This document shows, piece by piece, positions 1 to 6,679 of a DNA stretch of 36,595 nt. The DNA comes from Candidatus Krumholzibacteriia bacterium (GTDB lineage Bacteria > Krumholzibacteriota > Krumholzibacteriia > LZORAL124-64-63): assembly GCA_036351155.1 (NCBI GenBank), contig JAZBOO010000245.1, positions 1 through 36,595 on the forward strand, in the 5' to 3' direction. The first letter of the stretch is position 1; every line of letters begins with the position of its first letter. The position numbers and the translations under genes are program-made. The notes under the pieces are model-generated. The model worked only from the letters and a program-made list of their open reading frames with translations, had not been told where the DNA came from and made no database searches.

Positions 1-693
1 CGCCTTGTCCGTCAGGCCGAAGTGGTTGCAGGTGCCGCGGCCGTGGTCGCCCAGCACGCCCACGCCGTGGGCGTCGTCGACCATGACGAAGGCGTCATAC
101 CTGGCCGCCAGTTCCACGATCTCGGGCAGCTTGGCGATGTCGCCTTCCATGGAGAATACCCCGTCCACGATGATCAGCTTGGGGATATCCAGGGCGTTTT
201 TCAAAACCAGCTCGAGGTTCTCCATGTCGTTGTGCTTGAACTTGCGCACCTCACCGAAACTGAGCCGGGCCCCGTCGATGATCGACGCGTGGTCGGTCCG
301 GTCGACGATGATCAGCTCATTGCGCCCCACCAGGGAGCTGAGCACACCCTGATTGACCATGAAACCGGTGGAAAAGACCAGGGCCTTTTCCTTGCCCACC
401 AGGGCGGCCAGCTTGTCTTCCAGCTCGATGTGGATGTCGAGAGTCCCGTTCAGGAATCGGGAACCCGCACAACCGGTCCCGTACTTGGCGATGGCATCCC
501 GGGCGGCTTCCTTGACCCTGGGATGGTTGGTCAAACCCAGGTAGTTGTTGCTGCCGAGCATGATGGTTTCCTGGCCCTTGAATCGGACCGTATTGGTCTG
601 GGCCGATTCGATCACCCGGAAATAGTTGTAGTAGCCGGAAGCCATGACTTCCTTGGCCGTGGTGAAATTTCGGACCTTGTCCAGCAATCCCAT
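1..693 (-). CDS. spt: PLP-dependent alpha-oxoamine synthase, most like Bacteroides-type serine palmitoyltransferase (5' part; runs off window edge)
   Basis: Not in the ORF track because it has no stop in the window. Manual translation from ATG at 693: [30 protein letters not shown]...[14 protein letters not shown]...[18 protein letters not shown]...DHASIIDG...DGVFSMEGD...VDDAHGVG. The [11 protein letters not shown] motif fits SPT better than BioF or Kbl. Confidence 0.8.
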   Translation of the reverse strand, partial: MGLLDKVRNFTTAKEVMASGYYNYFRVIESAQTNTVRFKGQETIMLGSNNYLGLTNHPRVKEAARDAIAKYGTGCAGSRFLNGTLDIHIELEDKLAALVGKEKALVFSTGFMVNQGVLSSLVGRNELIIVDRTDHASIIDGARLSFGEVRKFKHNDMENLELVLKNALDIPKLIIVDGVFSMEGDIAKLPEIVELAARYDAFVMVDDAHGVGVLGDHGRGTCNHFGLTDKA

Positions 694-828
694 GTTTCAT
701 CTCTTCCGTGAAATGCGCCTCGGCAACCTCGCGCTGTATAGCTTTCAAGACCCCCGAAAATAACCTTTGGGAGTCCCCGGGACAACAAGAACCTGTCGCA
801 GTATTTCCCGGACCCGATCCGGGCCCGA

Positions 829-1386
829 TCAGAAAACCTCGGCCTCGAAAACCTGGAAGATGGCCCCTTCCTGCCAGTCCTGGGGACCGGCCCCTGCTTT
901 CAGGGACAAATGGCCCAGGGTGGTGGCCAGATCCCACCCTTGCTCGGTGGCCACCTGGGGCAGGAAAACCGCCCTCTGGCCCCGGATGTTCAACACGATG
1001 CCATGCTGCCCGATCACGATTTCCTCGGGGCCGGCCACCGGCTCCAGCGGGGTCAGCACGGAGAGTTCCACAGTGAGGGACGGCAATTCCGCCTCGGTGA
1101 CCGGCGTGAAGCGCGGGTCTTTCACCGCCGCGCTGCGGCCGTTGTCCACCACGGCGTCGACCAGAGGACGGTGACCCTCGATATAGCCGATGCACCCCCG
1201 CAGTTGATCTTGCCGGTGCAAAGTCACGAAGACACCACTTGGGGCCAGGAGGTGCGGTCCCAGCTCCAGACCCTCCTTCTGGGCCAGCTGATGGGGATCC
1301 GGCGGGTCCAGCCTGCGCACCGCCGCCTCCACCGCCGCCAGGGCCAGCTGACGCAGAAATGCTTTCTCCTCGGGCCTGAGCTTCAT
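829..1386 (-). CDS. amrA: AmmeMemoRadiSam system protein A (AMMECR1 domain)
   Basis: Motifs GVFVTL, LRGCIG, DPRF, ELSVLTP and FLPQV. Start re-assigned to ATG at 1386, which overlaps the amrB stop (ATGA). Confidence 0.93.
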   Translation of the reverse strand: MKLRPEEKAFLRQLALAAVEAAVRRLDPPDPHQLAQKEGLELGPHLLAPSGVFVTLHRQDQLRGCIGYIEGHRPLVDAVVDNGRSAAVKDPRFTPVTEAELPSLTVELSVLTPLEPVAGPEEIVIGQHGIVLNIRGQRAVFLPQVATEQGWDLATTLGHLSLKAGAGPQDWQEGAIFQVFEAEVF

Positions 1387-2261
1387 GAAAGATCCTTCCC
1401 GGATGTGAAAAGAACAGCCGCGTAGCTGACCGAGTGGGAATAATCCCCCTCCAGGTCGCCACTGCGGCAATAATCCACCAAGCTGGCCTCGTAACCCTCG
1501 GGCAAACCCGCGAACAGAGCCACGGCGGAGGCCGGCAATCCACACATGGTGATTCCCGTGTCCCGGCCGTAGGCCAGCAACCCTTCCGGGTCGCCTTTCA
1601 GCAGGCGCAATACGGCGCCGGAGTCCAGTTGTTCCAGCCGTTGGGGAATATCTTGGTGAAAAGGCACGTATCCGAATGCCTCGCCAAAGTGGGTGAAGTC
1701 GCTGCTGACCAGCAGCAGGGTGGGGCCCGCCAGTTGCTTCCGCAGCTGGTCCAGGGCCTGCCCGGCGGCCTGGTAGGAGGACGTGTCCAGCCGCGGCACC
1801 AGCATGGGCACCAGCCGGGGAGTGTGCGGTGCCGGCCAGCACCGCTGGATGAAGGGCAAGAGGATTTCCACCGCATGTTCCCGGGCATGGGCCTGATCGT
1901 TGATCCGGAATGGCGCCAGGTCAGCCAGAGCGGTCACGGCCTCCGTATCGATCTGGACCTCTCCCAGCGGGGTGCCAAATGAAGTGGCCGAGGAAAGAGC
2001 GATGTGATCCAGTGGGATCCGGTGGTTGGGAGCCAGCAGGATGATGGTGGTGAAATCCTCGGCCGCCAGCTGGCCGAACAGGCGGCCCGCCGAGGGGCCG
2101 CTGTAGGCATATCCGGCATGGGGGCACACGGCCATCACCGCACGACCGGCGGTGCGGGCTTCCATATCGGCCCCTGCCAGAAAGCCGTCCACCTCGCGGG
2201 ACAACTGATCGGGCGCGGCGGGGTACCAGCTTCCGCTCAGGACAGGGGGGCGCAGGTTCAT
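1383..2261 (-). CDS. amrB: AmmeMemoRadiSam system protein B (MEMO1 family)
   Basis: Motifs RPPVLSGSWYP, PHAGYAYSG, PNH, EHAVE, SSDFTHFG, TMCG and VSYA. Confidence 0.95.
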   Translation of the reverse strand: MNLRPPVLSGSWYPAAPDQLSREVDGFLAGADMEARTAGRAVMAVCPHAGYAYSGPSAGRLFGQLAAEDFTTIILLAPNHRIPLDHIALSSATSFGTPLGEVQIDTEAVTALADLAPFRINDQAHAREHAVEILLPFIQRCWPAPHTPRLVPMLVPRLDTSSYQAAGQALDQLRKQLAGPTLLLVSSDFTHFGEAFGYVPFHQDIPQRLEQLDSGAVLRLLKGDPEGLLAYGRDTGITMCGLPASAVALFAGLPEGYEASLVDYCRSGDLEGDYSHSVSYAAVLFTSGKDLS

Positions 2262-2332
2262 GGGGACTCCAGTCCGGTCCTGGGAATCAGGCCTTGTCGG
2301 CCGGGAAAAACCGGGAAAACGCCAATATCAGG

Positions 2333-2361
2333 TTGGAAACCCGACGGTTGGACTTTATCAT
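2333..2361 (+). promoter_or_regulatory. Candidate sigma70-type promoter for the STAS-NUDIX-mrp genes
   Basis: TTGGAA-N17-TATCAT in an AT-rich intergenic region. A second -10-like TACAAT lies at 2375-2380 and RBS AAGGAGG at 2391-2397. Confidence 0.35.
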
Positions 2362-2404
2362 ATATCTGTGAACGTACAATACCCGCTGCCAAGGAGGACG
2401 GTCA

Positions 2405-2749
2405 GTGAATTTCAAGCAGAATCCCGTGGGTGAAGTCATGGTGCTGGACCTTTCGGGAAAGATCATGGGCGGACCTGACCACGAGAAATTCCAGAACGAG
2501 ATCAAAACCCTCATCGCCGAAGGCCATGTGGACATCCTGCTGAACCTGGAAAAGGTCAACTGGGTGAACTCCACCGGGCTGGGCATTCTGGTTTCCGCCT
2601 TCCACACCTTGAAGAAGAACGGCGGCCAGCTGAAGATCTGCAACGTCAGTGACCGGATCGACAACATCCTCAACGTGACCCAGCTCAAGCTGGTTTTCGA
2701 AACCTTCGAGGGTATGGACGAAGCTTTGGCGTCGTTCCAGCAGGACTGA
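2405..2749 (+). CDS. STAS-domain anti-sigma factor antagonist (RsbV/SpoIIAA-like)
   Basis: 114 aa with LLNLEKVNWVNSTGLGILV (phospho-Ser motif) and GGQLKICNV; strong RBS before a GTG start. Confidence 0.92.
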   Translation: MNFKQNPVGEVMVLDLSGKIMGGPDHEKFQNEIKTLIAEGHVDILLNLEKVNWVNSTGLGILVSAFHTLKKNGGQLKICNVSDRIDNILNVTQLKLVFETFEGMDEALASFQQD

Positions 2750-2756
2750 TCCGGCC

Positions 2757-3242
2757 ATGGCCGACCTCTCGCCAGCGGCGTCCAAGGCCCAGGCTCCCGC
2801 GAGGGAGTACCATTATCCCGCTCTGACTGTGGATGGTGTGGTGCTGAACCACCAGGCTCATGGCCTGATGGGCGACACCTACGCCGTGTTGCTGGTCGAG
2901 CGAGGCCAGGACCCTTTCAAGGGCCGTTACGCCTTGCCGGGAGGGTTCGTGGACGAGGGTGAGGACATCGAAGATGCGATCATCCGAGAAATCGAGGAAG
3001 AGACCGGCCTGACCGGCCTGCCCTTTCGCCAGTATCGGGCCTTTGGCCATCCGGGGCGTGATCCCCGGGGGCACACCGTCTCCATTGTCTATGTGGCCGT
3101 TGTGCTGGGTGAACCGCCCGAGGTCACCGGTGGGGATGACGCCGCCAGCGCCGGCTGGTTTCCCATCAGTCACTTGCCCGATCTGGCTTTTGACCATGCC
3201 CATATCCTGGGCACCGTATTGCAAACCCTGAAAGTGGAATAG
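2757..3242 (+). CDS. NUDIX hydrolase (ADP-ribose pyrophosphatase/NrtR-N-terminal-like, no wHTH)
   Basis: Nudix box GGFVDEGEDIEDAIIREIEEETGL plus RDPRGHTVS, GDDA and LAFDH. Confidence 0.92.
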   Translation: MADLSPAASKAQAPAREYHYPALTVDGVVLNHQAHGLMGDTYAVLLVERGQDPFKGRYALPGGFVDEGEDIEDAIIREIEEETGLTGLPFRQYRAFGHPGRDPRGHTVSIVYVAVVLGEPPEVTGGDDAASAGWFPISHLPDLAFDHAHILGTVLQTLKVE

Positions 3243-3294
3243 CCCGTGATCGCCTGGTGGGAGAGAGCGGGACTGCGTCCTGGAGGAATTGATC

Positions 3295-4368
3295 GTGAGT
3301 AGCAATATCAACACAGATCTGGTGGTCGAGGCTCTGAAAGAGGTCATGGTTCCGGGCACCAAGGTGGACATCATCAAGCTGAACCTGGTGGGTGAGGTCA
3401 AGGTCAACGGAGGTGAGGTGGCCATTTCCGTGGTGCGGACCACCGAGAAGCCCGAGACCATCGACGCCATCCGCCAGGCGGTGGGCGACAAGATCAGCGC
3501 CCTGCCCGGGGTCCTGGGCGTGCAGGTGACGGTGGACGACCGGTCCGAGCCCAAGCGCAGCGGACCCCACGGACACAGCAACGATCCCTTTGCCGACCGG
3601 GCCCGGCTGCCCGGGGTCAAGCGGATCATCGCCGTGGCCAGTGCCAAGGGCGGGGTGGGCAAATCCTCGGTGGCGGTGAACCTGGCTCTGGCGCTGAAGG
3701 AGAACGGTGCCCGGGTGGGTCTCATGGATGCCGACGTTTACGGTCCCAGTGTCCCGACCATGCTGGCGGTCACCGGCCAGCCCGAGGTGGACGGAGACAA
3801 GAAGATCAAGCCCTTCCAGAGCCATGGCCTGCAGGTGATGAGCATGGGCCTGTTGATGCCCCCGGATCAGCCTGTGATCTGGCGCGGTCCTCTGGTCATG
3901 AGCGCGGTCAAGCAGTTCCTGCAGGACGTGCTGTGGAATGACCTGGACTACCTGGTCATCGACATGCCGCCCGGAACCGGCGATGCCCAGCTGACCCTGG
4001 TGCAAACGGTGCCCCTGAGCGGTGTGGTCATGGTGACCACGCCCCAGGAAGTGGCCCTGGCCGACGTGCGCCGCGGCATTCAGATGTTCGCCAAGATCGA
4101 GGTGCCGGTGCTGGGTATCGTGGAAAACATGAGTTACTTCGTGTGCCCGGACAACGACAAGAAGTACGACATCTTCGGCCATGGCGGCGGCGCCCAGGTG
4201 GCCAAGCAGTACAACCTGCCCCTGCTGGGCGAGATCCCCATCGACCCGGCCATTCGCATGGGCGGAGACACGGGCAAGCCCGCGGTGGAAATCGCCGGCT
4301 CGGCCACCCGGCAGGCCTTCCTGGACCTGGCCCGCAAGGTCAGCGAACTGGCCGTGGATCCGGCCTGA
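3295..4368 (+). CDS. mrp: Mrp/ApbC/NBP35 Fe-S cluster carrier ATPase with N-terminal DUF59-like domain
   Basis: Deviant Walker A KGGVGKS plus DADVYGPS, WRGP, DMPPGTGDAQL and ENMS. GTG at 3295 is well spaced from GGAGG at 3282-3286. Confidence 0.95.
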   Translation: MSSNINTDLVVEALKEVMVPGTKVDIIKLNLVGEVKVNGGEVAISVVRTTEKPETIDAIRQAVGDKISALPGVLGVQVTVDDRSEPKRSGPHGHSNDPFADRARLPGVKRIIAVASAKGGVGKSSVAVNLALALKENGARVGLMDADVYGPSVPTMLAVTGQPEVDGDKKIKPFQSHGLQVMSMGLLMPPDQPVIWRGPLVMSAVKQFLQDVLWNDLDYLVIDMPPGTGDAQLTLVQTVPLSGVVMVTTPQEVALADVRRGIQMFAKIEVPVLGIVENMSYFVCPDNDKKYDIFGHGGGAQVAKQYNLPLLGEIPIDPAIRMGGDTGKPAVEIAGSATRQAFLDLARKVSELAVDPA

Positions 4369-4393
4369 TCATTCCGCCTGATCATCCCGCAAT

Positions 4394-4424
4394 CCCTGGG
4401 CCAGGTCTCGTACCCGGCCCAGGG
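4394..4424. terminator. Hairpin between convergent mrp and sulfatase-like genes
   Basis: CCCTGGGCC-N13-GGCCCAGGG perfect 9-bp stem; no clear U-tract. Confidence 0.45.
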
Positions 4425-4440
4425 TGCGCCAGTTGATGGA

Positions 4441-5985
4441 TCAATCGGAGTACCCCAGATCTTTCAGGCGCTGGCGCACGGTGTCTTCCATGTCGTTCCA
4501 GCTGCCGGGGCCGCCTTCACCGGTGGTGGCCACACATCCGCTCTCTCGCCACTGGCGCAGAAGATCCTGCAGCTCATCCAACACAGCAGGATTGGCGGCG
4601 GTCAGATCCCGTTCTTCCCCGGGACTTCCGAGCAAATCAAACAGAGCCAGCGGCCGCCCATCGCGGTGGGCCACCAGCTTCCAGCGCCCGCGGCGCACGG
4701 CCACCAGGTCCGGTCCATAGGCGATGGCCTCGGCCAGAATCAGGCGCTCGGCCTGTTCCTGTGCACCGGCCAGGCTGCGACCCTGGAGGTGCGGGGAAAA
4801 TCCCGAGGCCGGTAGAGTGGGGACGAAGGCTTTCACCCCCAGCCAGTCACAAAGCGTGGCGGGAAGGTCCATCAAGGAGACGGGCTCCCGGCTGCGCACG
4901 CCCGGGGGAACCCCGGGCCCCCAGCTGAACCAGGGCACATGCAGCAGTTCCTGAAACAGGCTGTGGCCATGGCCAATGCCGTCGATGCCCCGGGGATCAT
5001 GCCCCCAGGCGCGGCTGAAATCGACATGGTCCAGGAATTCCTCACCATGGTCGGCGAAAACCGAGACCAGGGTCGACCGGGCCAGGTCCCAGGTCTCCAG
5101 TTGCGCCTGCAGGGCTCCGAGACAGCGATCCACGTAGCGGATGGTTCCGTCGTAAATGGCCAGCTTGGTGGTCAAGGCATCCTGCACCTGCGGGGTGGGC
5201 AGATCTCCGGTGCGCCCCAGGTCGATTCCCGGCGGCTGGCCCCACCGGGCATAGGCGGCCAGCGTGGGGCCGTCCACAGCATCACTTTCCAGGAAGGGCG
5301 CCAGGTCCCCGAGGGGAGGAGTGGTGGGTTCATGGGGATCGTTCAGCAGCACGAAGCAGAAAAACGGGCCATCGGCATGACGGCTGATCCAGTGGGCGGC
5401 CATGTCCAGCATGTCTCCGGCCGGCAAGTTGGCGAAATGGTGCTCCCCGAAACTCTCGGCCAGTCCAAAGGCAAAAAACGGATTGGAATAGAAGGCGGCC
5501 GTCCGGTAGCCCTGGTTTTCCAGGTGCCGGGCCAGGGTCAGGGTGTCCGGGTTGAGGCGCCCCGGAGGCTGGGTGTCCATGTTGCGGACAGCTCCGGGCA
5601 GGAAGGCTCCGTGGGCCCCGGGCATGACGCCACAGAGGGCGCTGCTGAACGAGGGCAGGGTCCAGGGCGCGGGGGCAGTGACATCGCCGAACAGAGTGCC
5701 GGTGGCCGCCAGGCGGTCCAGGTGGGGGCTGGTGGGTCGAGAAAAACCATAGCAACCCAGGTGATCGGCCCGCAGGGTGTCCACACCAACCAGGAGCAGG
5801 TTGGCCGGGCCGGGCCGGTCCGGGGCCATGCGCGGAGGAGCAAAAGGACGACTCCACCAGCGCCGCCAGCGTTGATATCGCGCCTGCCAGCGGGCTTTCC
5901 GGTTGAGGGACTGGAAGGGATCGGAGCTCGGGCGGCCGGTCCCCTCAGTTGCCGAATCTGATGTCATGCCTTCCCTTTGCCGCAA
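4441..5985 (-). CDS. Sulfatase-like hydrolase (alkaline phosphatase superfamily); start uncertain, ATG near 5967 is also possible
   Basis: Motifs GVDTLRADHLGCYG, TSPHLDRLA, PWTLPS, DPHEP, YDGTIRYVD, ADHGEEF, GHGHSL and VPW; C-terminal LKDLGY. Confidence 0.88.
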   Translation of the reverse strand: MRQREGMTSDSATEGTGRPSSDPFQSLNRKARWQARYQRWRRWWSRPFAPPRMAPDRPGPANLLLVGVDTLRADHLGCYGFSRPTSPHLDRLAATGTLFGDVTAPAPWTLPSFSSALCGVMPGAHGAFLPGAVRNMDTQPPGRLNPDTLTLARHLENQGYRTAAFYSNPFFAFGLAESFGEHHFANLPAGDMLDMAAHWISRHADGPFFCFVLLNDPHEPTTPPLGDLAPFLESDAVDGPTLAAYARWGQPPGIDLGRTGDLPTPQVQDALTTKLAIYDGTIRYVDRCLGALQAQLETWDLARSTLVSVFADHGEEFLDHVDFSRAWGHDPRGIDGIGHGHSLFQELLHVPWFSWGPGVPPGVRSREPVSLMDLPATLCDWLGVKAFVPTLPASGFSPHLQGRSLAGAQEQAERLILAEAIAYGPDLVAVRRGRWKLVAHRDGRPLALFDLLGSPGEERDLTAANPAVLDELQDLLRQWRESGCVATTGEGGPGSWNDMEDTVRQRLKDLGYSD

Positions 5986-6072
5986 AGGTCACGGGATCCC
6001 AGATCCAGGCCCAGATCTTCTCTCCGGGCCCCTGACTGGACATGGACCCCCATGACCATTACCATTCGTGCC

Positions 6073-6537
6073 ATGAATTTGCTGGACTATACAATGGAAA
6101 CGGGTTTTCTGCCCCATATCAAGTGCCACAGTGTCCAGGAGGCCGTGGCTCAGCTGGTGGACCGTCTGGTCACCGCCGGTCAGGCCCGGGATGCGGAAGC
6201 CTTGCTGAATGAGATCATGAGGCGGGAACAGGAAGGCAGCACCGCCATTGGCGGCGGGCTGGTCATACCACACGCCCGTTACGCCGGAGTGGATCAGGTG
6301 CAGGTGGCCGTGGCCACCCTGGCCCACCCCGTGCCCGTGCCCGCGGAAGATGATATTCCCGTCGATGTGATCATATTGCTGGTGGGGCCCGACCGTGACC
6401 CGCGCCAGATGCTGCGTGTTCTGGCCCGCCTGGCCCGCCTGGTCAAGCAGGGGGCCTTCCTGGATTCACTGCGCGCCGCCGATTCTGCCCAGAGCCTTCG
6501 CCTGGCTTTTGGTCAGATGAATGAGGCCACCGACTGA
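6073..6537 (+). CDS. PTS EIIA domain protein (fructose/Ntr type)
   Basis: RREQEGSTAIGGGLVIPHAR (phospho-His motif) and LARLARL. Start chosen at ATG 6073 by domain length. Confidence 0.9.
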   Translation: MNLLDYTMETGFLPHIKCHSVQEAVAQLVDRLVTAGQARDAEALLNEIMRREQEGSTAIGGGLVIPHARYAGVDQVQVAVATLAHPVPVPAEDDIPVDVIILLVGPDRDPRQMLRVLARLARLVKQGAFLDSLRAADSAQSLRLAFGQMNEATD

Positions 6538-6589
6538 TTTTTCCCCGATCCGGCCCTGTTACGGCCCCTCGAAAAACCTAGCTGGTCCC

Positions 6590-6618
6590 TTGAATAGGAG
6601 AGGACAGAGGGTTATTGT
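6590..6618 (+). promoter_or_regulatory. Candidate sigma70 promoter of the five-gene envelope operon
   Basis: TTGAAT-N17-TATTGT, overlapped by inverted repeat AGGACA-N9-TGTCCT (6601-6621). RBS AAAGGAG precedes ATG 6680. Confidence 0.45.
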
Positions 6619-6679
6619 CCTTCTTCTACCCTGGCACCAAAAACAGTAGTGGATTACTCCTCAAAGGAGCGGTACCTCG

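Noticed and set aside
22..711. 229-aa plus-strand ORF at the window start, and minus-strand ORFs at 35909-36594
   Set aside because: Antisense shadows of the edge-truncated spt-like and arcA genes, which the ORF track missed.
4366..4390. Tandem near-repeat TGATCATTCCGC / TGATCATCCCGC at the mrp stop
   Set aside because: Only two short copies, with no spacer array or associated element; probably a local duplication.
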